The translations under genes were made by a program, and so were the position numbers. A stretch of 64,000 bases of DNA from Schizochytrium sp. TIO01 (Eukaryota > Protista > Bigyra: Labyrinthulomycetes), in the NCBI GenBank assembly GCA_004764695.1, contig SMSO01000006.1:387859-451858 (forward strand). Direction: 5' to 3'. Position 1 is the stretch's first letter; every line of letters starts with the position of its first letter. Positions 23,964 to 36,576 of the stretch are shown here, piece after piece. The notes under the pieces are model-generated. The model was not told the DNA's origin and did not search any database. It saw nothing but the letters and a program-made list of their open reading frames with translations.

Positions 23964-24004
23964 GAAAGAAAAGAAAAGAAAAGAAAAGAAAAGAAAAGAA
24001 AAGA
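23964..24004. repeat. (GAAAA)n microsatellite
   Basis: About 8 copies. Confidence 0.9.
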
Positions 24005-26231
24005 AAGGAGGAGTACCTACCTCCCGAGGGACTGATTTCTGCTCGAAAATCCTCAGCTCAGTGGCCCCAAATGCACGTTGACCTGCTGCGCCGCAGACAC
24101 CGGCCGCCGCCGCCCGCCTCTCTCGCCCGCGCTGACTTACCTCGTTGCCTCCCTCCCCGGTCCTTGTTCCCGCGTCTTCTCGGGTTCTCGTCACTCACCC
24201 TTCAACAAATAACAGCTCAATCAATCGATTATCGAATCGACGATCAATCGACAATCGGTCGCTGCGGTTCTGCGGCTCCTCCAGCCTGAGCTGCGTCTGC
24301 CTGCTACCGGCTGTGCGAGAGCCTGCGAGGCTCACGTCTACCTTCCTCGCTCGCTTCCTTGCTGATGCCAATCGATGCAGAGCGTACAGACGGTCTCTTC
24401 GGCCGAGGGATCGAGTTGAATTCAATTCTGCTCTGGATTTGAATAACTCAAGAATCCACCTCAAATGCATAGGGTTAGAACCTCCTAATGTACCCTTACT
24501 CGTTAAGAGCTGTATAGTCTTCGATAGCAACCCCTGTGGCATTTCTATTACCGGACCCTCGTAGCCACCTTTTCAATTCTTTCTCGAGGCTTGAGCATCT
24601 CCAGAACTTCGCCGAGGCCCTCGCTCTCTTCGTAGGCTGCGCGAGGCTCGGCCAAAAGGAAGAACTTGAAGGCTGCGAGCGGCGCAGTGGATGCGCACGG
24701 ACTGCGGCCCCAATCGGGCCCGGCCCTCGATAATGCTCCATCGGCGCAGCTCCACTTCAATTCCTCCTGCTCCTCGTCACCTCTCTTTCTTCTTTGTTTC
24801 CGTTTTTTCATCGTCACGATGAACTGATTTTTATATTTTTATATTTTTATATTTTAAACTAAATTTATATTTCTCATTACATTAAAATTGCATTATAAAT
24901 AAATAACTATGATTATAATTATGAAAACAAACAGCTTTTCAGGTCCTTCAGTTGTCTACGATTTCTACAGAACTAATCAATCGTGGCGCTTTTGCTGCAG
25001 ACCTCTCTCCAGCTAGAGAGGAACAGGTACACCTCTTTCTTCTCTCTGCCGCTTCCGTTGCGGTCAACAGCAACGAAGAAACCTCTTGCTCGTAGAAGGA
25101 AGAAACGAAGGCTCAGGTACCAACCACAAAGAGGGCCCTTCTTCTCGAGACCCTCTCATCATTGGCGACTTTTGTTTGTTTGTTTATTTATTTACTTACT
25201 TTGTTGTTGTTGTAATGATGCATTTATGCATTTCATATTCTACTATTCCTTATCAGACAGAGTTTTGCAGCTTCGCAAGACATGATAAACAAACAACAAT
25301 AACATAGAAAGAACGTATTTACTGCTGTGGCCAAAGCCGGATGGATCTCTCGCCTCAACGGCAGCGTCACCATAAGAGTCGCGGTCCGGTTGCATTTAGC
25401 GGGCGTCTGTATAAGCTCCGCCAGGACCACGCACAGACCAGAACTGACTGCTTCGAGGCCCCTCTTCAGTATCCGAGGCGCTTCAACTGCAGCGCTCAGA
25501 AACTCGACGCTGTCTGGGACTTGATTTCCATGCGCCAAACGAAGTTTGTTTATCAAGGCGGATGTTCCATTCCATTACGTTCTGTTCTGTTTTGTTCTGT
25601 TCCGTTCCGTTCACCGTCCTTTCACGATTCTGGCGGTGAGCCGACTTTGAGAGATAACTTGCGCCATGAATGGCAAGCGCAAAGCCACGAGTGGAAGGCC
25701 CTGATAACCCCCGCAGGGCCACGGCCAGCGCAGAGGGGAAGAACCAGCCAGCGCTCTGGAGCCCAGCCTGGGACAGAGGCAGCGACGCTTGGCTTCTCCA
25801 AGGAGGGTGGGTCTTGAGCGTCTGTCTCAGTATCTTTCTGGTACTCCAGGCAGGGGGTTGGGTTCCTAGGAACCCAATAATGACTCGTACGGTGACGAGG
25901 TTTTGTTCAAAGTATTCATTGGCTTCGCGAGACGTTCTCTGGTCCGACCGCATTCTTCGATTGTGGCGCCTTTGGGGTCCGTTCGTGGCAAACAGAGGCC
26001 AATGGACCTCTTATCCTGCGGCCTCCCCGTCGCCTTCGCAGAAGCTTGCGCCTGCCTGACCTGACTTCGTTTGCTCTGCTGCAACCACCTTTTCCATTCA
26101 TTATCGACGATCCCTTTTTGCTGTTTTTCTTTTCACGCTCTTTTCAAACTCTTTTCTGAGTCTTCTGTTGAGTTCTCTCAAATCAAATCTATACAATGAT
26201 TTTTATTTTTTAAACTTTTAATTTTATTTAA

Positions 26232-26265
<34 letters not shown>

Positions 26266-27268
26266 TCATTCACTCATTCATTCATTCATCGTTCTCTTCC
26301 AAACGTTGGCGCATACTGCCCCTGGTCTTGTACGCTCCTTGCCCGCACCACCCACGACTCAGTATCTTTCGAGTTCACGCTTTTCAAAAAACGCATTGAA
26401 TCATTCATTCATTCATTCTGCGGAATTTGGGCACCAAAGCGTTTTCGATGGCGGGCCCTTGTGCTTCTGCTTCTGCTTCTGGGCTGCGGACAACAGCGAG
26501 CGACTGCGAAGACCTCCGTTGGCTCTGGCGCGGCAGCCACGCAGGCTGTCTTTTGGGCTTCAATCTGTGCGTAGGCTGCTCAAATCTTGCAACGATGGAT
26601 GTCCTGGAGCCAACTTGATGGACCGGTGTAATGCCTTACTTTGGCGGCCTCGTGCTCGTGCTCGATTGGACCTCATGCGCGGCCGTCGAGGCACTTGCTT
26701 CTTCACGCCGGCGAGCTCAGACGCCGCGGCGCAATCTCTGCGGAGCACCCGCGGTCGCTCTAAATCCACGATTCTGTGAGGTCCTTCTGGGATCTCGTGC
26801 CGGCGGGCTCGTTGAACTGAGCTGGGCAAGGTCTTGCAGGCCGCCCAGAGCCTGGCGAGAGGATGAAGCAGCCACGCCAGAAGACCAACATGGGGATCTT
26901 GAGCTTGAACAGCAGCAGACGAAGCAGAAGCAGCAGCAGCAGCAGCAGCAGCAGTAACTTTCTTTTGCTTGAAGAGGAGAGGAAACCGGTTACGGCTGTT
27001 GGCTGCATCGGTGTGGACCTTTTGGGGTTCATGTTCACTTTGCTGCTTTCATTTGCTTTACAAAGCTAGCTTTACAAAGCTTTACAAAACCAAGACCAGG
27101 TCTCGGCGTGTCATGAAGCGCTCAACCGGAGGTATTTCAAATAGCTCGGGCAAGGGGGCTGTGTTTGGGCTCCAATCTCGCGCAAACTGGCCTGGACACA
27201 GACGGAATCGAACCGCTTTATGCTCTGAGACTCAGCGTAACCCCATTTGCAAGAATAAAGAGAAACTA

Positions 27269-27382
27269 ATAGATAGATACATAGGCAGATAGATAGATAC
27301 ATAGGCAGATACATAGGTAGATAGGTAGATACATAGGTAGATAGGTAGATAGGTAGATAGATAGATAGGTAGATAGATAGAT
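27269..27382. repeat. Compound (TAGA)/(TAGG)/(TACA) microsatellite
   Basis: Interleaved 4-mer units over about 110 bp. Confidence 0.9.
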
Positions 27383-29942
27383 CGTTTGTTTCCTCAAAGG
27401 CACATGCGTTTCTTACATACGAACGGTTTGAGATGTGTGCATGGCTTAACTAAGGGGTGGACGCACATGAGGAAACCTACTGTTGCAGGCATTGCAGCGG
27501 CCTTTAAGGAAAGCCCGCTCGCTCGGCAGCTTTAATGTAAACTTGAAAGAAGCTGAGCGAACGCAGGTGCGCCATGAAATGGGAGAAGGAAGTATACCTA
27601 CCTCTAGAGTGCGAGGGAGGTGCAGTTGTGAGCTTGTTTGCTCGTTTGCAGTTTCTTCGTCAGATTACAGATGAGCAAGTGCATCTGAATCCGATAGATT
27701 GAGTTTCCACTCTTCAAGACATGAGTCAACGTATGTGGTGGCTAGATGGCTAACTATGAGCAAACATAGAAGCAGCAACAGCCCTACAAGGATGGCGCAA
27801 ATAGGTCTAAGCTTGCAGAGGTGGGCCTTTGGACTACAGGAATACACAGTCAATGGCTTCATGATAGTTGACGTGATGACACGCAGCATACTCATTCAAT
27901 TTTCCACACTTCGCACTTATAGCCCACGGAGAAAGATTACGGTGCGCGATAGAAACACTCCTTTGGGTTGAGCCAGCTACACCTAATCGCAACAAATATT
28001 CTCAACAAATCGTATGAATCAAGTTTTCGAGTCCTCAGTCTTTGGTTGTTTAGGTCGCTATTTGTTAAGTATGTGCTTTAAGTTGGGCCTGTATGCCCGA
28101 ATAGAATCCATTCGAAAAAAGTATAGATTCCCAAGCTGACCAGTTTTTCTCCCTCAGCTTTGAGGGAAGATGCAGCACATGCTTCAGCGCATAGGGGCGA
28201 TATACCTGAGATTGTACATTTGAAAGAGCCTCACAAAATGCTGAGAGAGTATAGTAGTGCTTGTGTCACTGAGCCGAGTCCTGTGTTGATTTTATTTGCA
28301 GGTCGAGCACATGAAAGAAAAACAGAGAGACACAGAGAGAGGGAGGTGCTCGTACAAATCAAATGCTGCTTCGATGCAGTTATCCCGTGGTAACCTGTGT
28401 TCTGATGCACGTGTGGCAGCGTAGTCTAACTGCTTTGAGCCTTTCCTTCAAGAATCAAGCCTATATTCACTTCTACTGCTGTAGATATTACCGGCAAAAG
28501 ACAAGAGGAACTGCGGCTTGAACCTCGAATCAGAATTGAGATCAACTAGATGGAAAGTTCCAGTATTGCGCAAACTAAGCTACTTGCTGTGATTTCCAAT
28601 TCTATTTTTTAGATTATCAAATTAAATAGTCGTTGCAGGTGGATTTATACAAAGCTCAATTCATGTCAATCTGGCCTTGAATGTTGGGTTAGCAAGCTAT
28701 CTTTAGACCCCGCTTAAACTCGCAAGCTGCAATCGCTGCTTGGCACAAAACCCTTGTTGCTATGGTAGACAAACAGAACGTTGCGCTTTTGCGGTTGGCT
28801 AGGTAAAAGGAAGGATTTATGAAGTTACCTGGAGACGCATGACTTGGTACGAACACGGTTTGGAATATGGCTAAGAACTCCAGGCGGCGGAATTCTTGCA
28901 CAGCAAAGCCAGAAATCCAGATATGGAAGGTTTTAGTAGAGCAGATCCATTCTAACCTATAATAACATTTTTATTTCAATTATTTCAATAGGTCATATTG
29001 CCGCAACAGAAACTCAAATGATGCAGAACACCAATAAAAACTATTTAATAAGACCATTTATTAAGAACACATGCGAGGTAATCCTTTCTATCAGATCGCC
29101 TCTGCATAGAAACCTCAACGCTCCTAGCAGTTTTGATCGTATGGTTTGTTGGTGATCGGTTTCATGCTCCTCAAATGTGAATCCTAACAAATAACTATTG
29201 TTGAGCTAACCATATTCTTCTCCAGAGTATTTCTATTTACCATACCAGCAATCGAAACTCTAGATTGATATCATTCCAGACCCCAAAATGAGGCACAGAT
29301 CAAACCGGATAACTTTAATTAGTTTACAACTTCTTTTTTCGTGAAAGCGAATAGAGCCACGACCACTAAATTCCAGTCATTCCTCGCTACACGGCTCCCA
29401 AAACTATGTGCAACAGTCCACAACTTACTATGTGCTTTATACATTCATGCGTAGCTCCGCGTTTCCCATCTTTCTCAAAATTCCTCCTGCTTTTGCCAAA
29501 TGTACTCAACCTCTCTACTCTCTAACCCCCAGTGGGGGTATATTACAAATTTACAGTAGCCAGTATAATATTGTGTAGTATATCCACTTTAGAAATAAAA
29601 ATACCACTAGTCCTATTATGCTCCCCAAGTAGTGTACAATGCATGTACAGCGCTTTTCTTTCCATCTTCCACCGCAGGGGTGGCTATCTTCCATTCTCCA
29701 TGTGCTCAAGATGCGATGGCAGCCAACAAGACGGGCACAACAAACTGCCTTGCCTTTGGAGGCGCCCCTCGCAGAATGCTTCGTCTCAGTCTGCAAGCGC
29801 GGCTGGCCAGGTAGAGAGGTGTGATCCAGCGTCTTTTGAGCAGGAAGAAGTTTGTTCCCTGAGCCGGAAGCTTCCTTGTGGGCACTTGTGACATCCTATT
29901 CAGCGCGACTCTATGTCCCAACTAAGCGTATCCTCGTCTCCG

Positions 29943-29980
29943 TTCATTCATTCATTCATTCATTCATTCATTCATTCATT
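29943..29980. repeat. (TTCA)n microsatellite
   Basis: About 9 copies. Confidence 0.9.
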
Positions 29981-32796
29981 TATTCAAGTTCTCGAAAAGT
30001 TCGATTTCAAAACCCGAATTGCAAAGGCGCATTTCAAACTTCGCAGCTCAAAACTTGAACTAAGGCTCGCCAAACTCGCGGCCCAGGCCAGCGCTGCATC
30101 CCGAGCTCGCGCTGAGAGCAAGCTGCAGAGCAAGATCTCCTGGCGAAGTGCTGGTTGGCTTGGAGGGAGCTTTCCCGGCAACGCTTTAGTCCGCTGGAGA
30201 CACAGCGTTCACAGGGGATTCAAACTAATTGAGGTGCCGCGCTCCGGCGCTTGCGAGCAGCGCGATAGACCGGGAGCTTGATCAGCTAGCTGCCCCAGCT
30301 AGTCTGCGACCATTCAGCTCCGCTGCTGCCTCGGGCGTCGCGGCAGCGGCTGCAGACGCTGCGAGCAAATCAGGTGCCGAGTGTGGAAGGTCTGATCGCC
30401 TGCCCCTTTCTGGGGTTGGTCGTTTTCAAGCGAGAGGTTTGAGATATATCGCAAAAGGCGGTCCCTGCGGCACTGCGTCGTCGCCATCCGGCGGGCGGCA
30501 GAGGAGCGAATCGGACCCGCGCAGTTAGAGCCCGGGGAGCTCATCTTCTCTGCGTTCTCTGCGAGCGAGCCCATTTCATCTCAACCGCTGATTGTGCTTT
30601 CCGATCCTAATTCAGATCCAAATCCAAAACCCAAAGTCAAATCTGAAGCCAAGCCAAGCCAAGCCTAGCTCGCTTGCTTGCTTGCTTTCTAAAAGGGGAC
30701 CACTCATTGCAGCACCAGATTCCGTCTGCCAGACAGATTCCTCGCGCCCTGGTCGCCTGGCTGCCGGCTTTCCCTCCCCTTCCAACCCTCGTGTCTATCC
30801 TCCTTCCGCCTCCTCCTCTTCTGCGCCGTCGTTGCCACCAGCACCGTCGATTCTTGGAGCCGCCTTTCTTTCAAATAGCCCCTATAATATTTGTGCATAG
30901 ATCGCCATTACATCACCGGACTAGGTACCAAGAGCTCATTCAGTATTCAACTTTGAGTTGATTGCATACTTGCCTCGACCGCAGATCTATCTGGCCGGCT
31001 GCCTGACGAAGCTCGCTTCCTCGCCTTTTCATTTTTGGGCCTCACCTGTTTCATCTCCCGTGGCTATCGCTGGTTTCCCTGGGGTACTTACCACCTTGCT
31101 TAGTTAGCTCTGTGAGCTGTTGCAGTGATCGTCGCATCATCCCATCTCGCCTGTTCACAGTCCTCAACCCACGCAGCCTCAGCGTGGAAAAGGTTGGTCG
31201 TGGAGAAACCCCGCACGACTGCAGCTCGCCACAACTGCTACTGACTAGAGCGCGGGCCTCTGCATCGATACTTGCTGTGTACCTCCAGATACTTCCTTCG
31301 CTCAACCCAGCTCGCAGTCGCCTAAATACTGATCACAGTCCTCTCCCAGCAAAGACTCCTTCAGAAACAGCTGATCTATCACCCAGCCCGAGCCAGCCGC
31401 AGCCAACCGCTAAAGAAAGGCACCCCATCCAGCCCACGACAACGCTGTCGTTCCAGTGTCTTACAAGAAGCTTATCTCCGAGTTGTCTGTGCTCCCCGCG
31501 CCGTTGTTTTCACGAGGCAAAGATTCGAAGAAAAGACGTCTTTTGGTCTCTCTTGTCCATTTTGTTAAGAGTAGTTGAGGGCCTTGCCTGCATACCTTCT
31601 ACTAACTTGACATTATAAAGGACTTGGTAGGTAGGTTGTAGGTAGGTAGGTACCTATTTCTAAGTTCTACAACAGTTGTCATCTGTGCGTAGGTACTTCG
31701 CACGTGCATAGAACGCAGGACTTTTGTTGCCTCCCAGATTGTTGGCGGACTTCGCTTAGTCTTTTAAGACACAGCTGAGGCCTGAGGCTGGCGCTAGGGC
31801 TACGGCAGTTGCTTTATCGGGCGTTGTGTGTATGTACTTATAGACTGGCGCACGACCAACCAGCGCGAGATCGTCTACGCTATTTTTGGTCTCTAGAGGT
31901 AGGTAGGTACCTAATCACACTCTAGAGGTTGGCATCAGCGTTTCTTTTCCTCTGCAAGACGTGCTCGCCTGTTTCGAGGCAGGTAGAGAATTCCCGGTGA
32001 GGCCTGACACCATATTGTTGTTGGAATAAACCCTCATCACATTAAATTGTTTGCATTGCCTGCGTGCGCAATTTGATTGATTGAATTGGGGTGATACAGC
32101 TCGTGGACATTGGCGATCTCGAGCACCGCTGTGTCCTCTTTATTTTTTCCACTTTTCCCTGTTTTCAAGTTCTCCACCCTGCTTCGCTTCAGAGCTGGCT
32201 GGGCCATGCCTAGGAGTACCTATCTCTAATCTTAGAACTCCAAAGCAACAGTCGCGCGAACACTTTAAAACAAGGGAGAAGGTGGAAGAACCTACGCTCC
32301 TATCTAGTTATACTGCTAGTACTTCTTACTTTCTTTTCCTCTTCTTTAATTCTCGTGCACGGCATTTGACTACCCTAGAGGGTAGGTACTGAGTGCCATA
32401 GGACTCGGTGTGTCCATTCCATCAGGTAGAAGGTACCTCCTGCACAATTTGTCAATAATTGTGTAATTGTGCTCGCCAGCACAGACTAGGCGGTGTCAGG
32501 ATTTGCCGCTGTCAGTCAGCGCTGCGCTCAAGCTACGTTACCATACTGCTCAGCCGAGTTCGTCTGCAACTTGCTTCTGGGGGGCTTTCCCCTCGTGTTC
32601 TTGCTAAACCGAACTGAGATCTAAATTGCAAGCCCGCGAACTCTGGGGTTTTTAGAGAAGAAGACCTGACACAAAACGCGAGAAGTTGAGACTGCTCAAC
32701 GTGTACTGCAATAGAGTATAGATCAGAACATAGCAGCAGGCAAACGACGAAACTTCTCTGGCACCTACCTTCTGAGGAATCAAATTGAGAACAGCC

Positions 32797-34794
32797 ATGT
32801 CGCTTCTAGGTACCGGAAGTGGGGCTGTGGCAGTGCCACCGCACCTCCCAGGCCGCTCACCTTCAAGACGAAGCAGTGCAAGTGGATCACAGCAAATACA
32901 GCTACAACAAAGGTCACCTTATCAAAGACAGCGAAAGGCAAGGTCTGCCTCGAGCGTGTCAGTATCTTCACAGAGTTCGCTTTCATCAGGATTTGGGCTC
33001 GAAGAAGATGCAGAGTTAAGAAACGTGCTCCTGGACTTGCAGCAAGTAATTGCCCTTCAGCAGACAGCTATCCCGACACTTGAGCGTACTATTGTACGGT
33101 CGTGCGAGCATTTGTATAAAGTTCACCTTATTCTAGGATTTGCTGTTCTTGTTAGCGAAACTCTTCTTTTCGAGGGTGACGCAAGCTTAATATCGCGCCT
33201 TGGTGTCATGATTATCTGCATGATTGCACTCTTTCAAACATCGTCTTTGCAACACGAGCAACAAATGATCGATCGACAGCGCCAGGACTCGCACGAAGAA
33301 ATGAATGATGCCATGCTACCCAAAGCCTTTCTTCGCCGTGCTGCAGAGGAATTGCATCCTGAGCTTGCAGCATCTGCTGCAACTACAGAAGCGCACGCGA
33401 CTGGCCAAACGCAGCACTTACACCTCTCTCGATCTGCCACGGCGCCATCTTCACACTCAGTATGGCGGTCTCCAATTCTAAACACTCCTTCCATTGCCGG
33501 CAAAGAGGATGGTGCATTTGAGAAGGCTGATATCTCGAACAGCTCTTTCAACAACAAAATCATTTCAGGGAAGGCCCTTGAGCGGAAGAGGCCAGCTTCT
33601 ACTAATTCACGTAATACAAATGCAGACTATTTGAGTTATGATGAATCAAAGCACCAGAGTCAACACCACACAACGGGAAAGATCCATCCACCACTCAGGC
33701 ATGCCGTATCTTCCCCAGCTATTACTGTTGCTCACGATAATGTGCACATTATCGACCCAGAGCCACTATGTGAGATTGGAGATGACTCGTCCACATCCGA
33801 AGCTCCACTCAATCTACATAACGCAAAAGTGAAGGTCATCGCTTCACCTTGCGACATATCCAACGTTAGTATATTATCCGATTCATTGGCGTATCAAAGT
33901 GAGGCTTCGCCCCTTGGTCGAGGGCCGAAGCGGGAGCTTTCATGTGTCTTTGTGGATGGTGCGGTAGTGCATAATGAGAATGAGGCGCGTGCAGTACAGA
34001 AGTTACGTTCACGTCTTTGGGATATTGAAGCAAACCTTGATAGTTTAGCCTTAAACATGCGAGATACCACACTAATTCGTTTTCTGAGAGCTCGCAAGTT
34101 AAATGTGGATGCTGCTGAGAAGATGTTACGGGATGCACATGACTGGCGCCAAAACAATTGTCCAGAAAAGGTTTTTTGTCGAATGGAACAGAACCCATGG
34201 CCCGAGCCTTTGGAATATTCAACTGGGGGTTGGAGTGGCGTGGATAGAGAAGGTGCTCCCGTTTTTATCGACCGTATTGGTCAACTTGACGTATCGGGTA
34301 TGCTCGCCCGCATTGAACCGAAACACTTTGAAGATTTTTGCATCTGGCGTCTTGAAACAAATCAACGTCTTATGCGCGAGGCAGAACGACGTACAGGCCA
34401 AGCTCAGTATCAGCTGTGTGTCATTGAAGACCTGAAAGGCCTTGGCTGGCAGCACTTTAATCGAAGTGCGTTCAAGCTTGTACAGATTGCAGCCCAAGTT
34501 AATGACTTGTATTATCCTGAACAGCTGAAAGTATGCTACATTGTAAATGCGCCGAAACTTTTCTCAGCCATTTGGAATGTTGTGCAGCGATTTTTTGATC
34601 CTGTCACTCGTGAGAAGATTCAAATTTTCTCTAACTGCCCAACTGAAGTGCTCTGCAAACGTATTCACCCAGACTCCTTGCCCGCATTCCTTGGTGGCAA
34701 CTACACATCTGGAGATGGAGACGTTTATTGCATGGACGAAATCCTGCCCGGGGGCAAAATACCATCTCATGTACCTTCTGTTCGCCAATCGTGA
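32797..34794 (+). CDS. Sec14/CRAL-TRIO lipid-transfer protein with two predicted N-terminal transmembrane helices
   Basis: CRAL_TRIO_N DTTLIRFLRARKLNVDAAEKMLRDAHDWR; CRAL-TRIO GVDREGAPVFIDRIG, IEDLKGLG, YYPEQL..YIVNAPKLFSAIW, DPVTREKI, LPAFLGG. ATG at 32797 (GCCATG). Confidence 0.93.
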   Translation: MSLLGTGSGAVAVPPHLPGRSPSRRSSASGSQQIQLQQRSPYQRQRKARSASSVSVSSQSSLSSGFGLEEDAELRNVLLDLQQVIALQQTAIPTLERTIVRSCEHLYKVHLILGFAVLVSETLLFEGDASLISRLGVMIICMIALFQTSSLQHEQQMIDRQRQDSHEEMNDAMLPKAFLRRAAEELHPELAASAATTEAHATGQTQHLHLSRSATAPSSHSVWRSPILNTPSIAGKEDGAFEKADISNSSFNNKIISGKALERKRPASTNSRNTNADYLSYDESKHQSQHHTTGKIHPPLRHAVSSPAITVAHDNVHIIDPEPLCEIGDDSSTSEAPLNLHNAKVKVIASPCDISNVSILSDSLAYQSEASPLGRGPKRELSCVFVDGAVVHNENEARAVQKLRSRLWDIEANLDSLALNMRDTTLIRFLRARKLNVDAAEKMLRDAHDWRQNNCPEKVFCRMEQNPWPEPLEYSTGGWSGVDREGAPVFIDRIGQLDVSGMLARIEPKHFEDFCIWRLETNQRLMREAERRTGQAQYQLCVIEDLKGLGWQHFNRSAFKLVQIAAQVNDLYYPEQLKVCYIVNAPKLFSAIWNVVQRFFDPVTREKIQIFSNCPTEVLCKRIHPDSLPAFLGGNYTSGDGDVYCMDEILPGGKIPSHVPSVRQS

Positions 34795-35289
34795 AGGTTA
34801 GGCGATCCTCTGAAAACATTCACACCCTCCATTGATGATTCATTGAAAACATCATTGTCCTTTCTCATATGCCACAAGTAATGCAACATTACCTCTTTTT
34901 GTAATACATATCCTACTGTCCAAAAGGAGCTGGCTACTATTGAAATAATAATGCCCTGCAAATGAACCGAGTTCCACGACCAACAAACACTGTGTTTAAA
35001 GATCTATTTTTTTTTAATTGTTTGACTGACCACCTATGTTACAACCGAAAATAATTCCAATCTCTGATTGTTTCCCATTTCTTGTATACTGATATCAACA
35101 GAGACACAACACATTGGGATGTTATGTTGATAATTTCTTTTCGTTGTTGTCTGTTATGTGATCTTGTTTACCTGGGGCAAATGCAGTTGGCGTGGTTTGC
35201 CTCTTTCGTCCATGATTGATAGGAATGAAAAGAGAAAAAATAAAAATAACAAGTTTTGCACAATGTATTTGGGTATATGGACTAGTTTC

Positions 35290-36576
35290 TTATATGTGTT
35301 TTTCCAAAATAGGAGCTAGCATTTTGGTTGGAGATGCCAAAAGTTTGAGAGCATGTTCTAGAATCCAATACATTTGCTCAACTGAGCCTGTAACAAGACT
35401 AATGCCAATTTTTTGTGCATTTGCCTCTTGCTTTGCAGGATCAAGGCGTCGCCACAGTCCAAGCGCAATAACACGGACGTAATCGAGCCATACTATATCA
35501 GCAAGTGCTTCAAAATCATCAAGAGATGAGCAAAGAATAATCTCACGATAGTTTGCTGCACGGCGAACGTGGCCTGCGTCTAAATGAGCGACGAGTAGTC
35601 CGCGAAAGAAGGCAAGGTAGCACCGCCAGCAATGTGGATCTTTAAGAAGCTCGGGGTCTACAGACGTAGTCATGAAATACACAAAGTCTTGCAGTGGATG
35701 TCCGTAACCTTTCCATTGCATGTCAATAAGCTTCACAGGAGCGTGCGGGTCGTGACGGGGATAAAATAAATTCCAGGACTTTGCGTCACCATGAATTAAC
35801 GCGTAGCTACGTTGCCGAACTACATCTTCCAAGTCCGGAGCAATCTCCGCAAGCCGCTGACCCAACTTGGAAAGATCTGGCATATTCAAGATTTTCTCTG
35901 GCAGAAATTCTTGAAATCTCTCGAGAAATGAAGCCCATTCTTGAGCCGCATTTTTTATTTCAAGTTCAGGGCGACGTGCAAGCACCCAGAAACCACCCCG
36001 TTCATTGTCAATTGTACTAGCGTCAATCCGGATCTCATCTGAGTGCCTCTCGCCATATGCCACAAATCGCGCGACACTTGCTGCGAGTCGATGTCCAGAG
36101 TTAAGCCGTGCTAACGTGGCAAGGGCCTGCTCAATTTGCATACTTTCTGTGGCCTTTTTAATATGTGTATATCCAAGACGTTTTACCTCTTCCATTACGA
36201 GGATAAATGCTGGCTTGCCATTTACTTCGCGCTCTAGTGATGCATAAATGTGCGGGAAAAGATCATCTCCTGGTTCAACTTCATCACGATAAAAGTACAT
36301 CTCGCGCTTTGCTGACGTAATGAAAGGCTCATAATGTTCAATTCCAGGAAGCTCATCGGGAACCACCCTCTTTATCATAACCACTAGCTCTTGACCTTTC
36401 AAGGTCTTTAGCTGCACTGGCACGAGCGTTGCAAAACGTCCCCAAACGATGTGGTCATGGAGAATCTGAGGAGGATCTTGTATATCCACGTTTACATGAG
36501 CTTGAAACCAGGCAAGATCAAGATGGACAGGGTCATCAACAGCATCTAACTTTAGCAGTGCAGAATAGTCCTCCAT
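35290..36576 (-). CDS. Ecdysteroid-kinase-like / APH-choline kinase superfamily phosphotransferase
   Basis: REMYFY, FILVMEE, LATLARLNS, Brenner motif LIHGDAKSWNLFY, LIDMQW.GYGHPLQDFVYFMTTS. First ATG at 36576; the track start is GTG. Confidence 0.85.
   Translation of the reverse strand: MEDYSALLKLDAVDDPVHLDLAWFQAHVNVDIQDPPQILHDHIVWGRFATLVPVQLKTLKGQELVVMIKRVVPDELPGIEHYEPFITSAKREMYFYRDEVEPGDDLFPHIYASLEREVNGKPAFILVMEEVKRLGYTHIKKATESMQIEQALATLARLNSGHRLAASVARFVAYGERHSDEIRIDASTIDNERGGFWVLARRPELEIKNAAQEWASFLERFQEFLPEKILNMPDLSKLGQRLAEIAPDLEDVVRQRSYALIHGDAKSWNLFYPRHDPHAPVKLIDMQWKGYGHPLQDFVYFMTTSVDPELLKDPHCWRCYLAFFRGLLVAHLDAGHVRRAANYREIILCSSLDDFEALADIVWLDYVRVIALGLWRRLDPAKQEANAQKIGISLVTGSVEQMYWILEHALKLLASPTKMLAPILEKHI

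Noticed and set aside
24983-31618. Numerous 60-170 aa ORFs in GC-rich blocks
   Set aside because: They occur on both strands, are R/S/A/P-rich as expected from GC content, and show no homology I can recognise.
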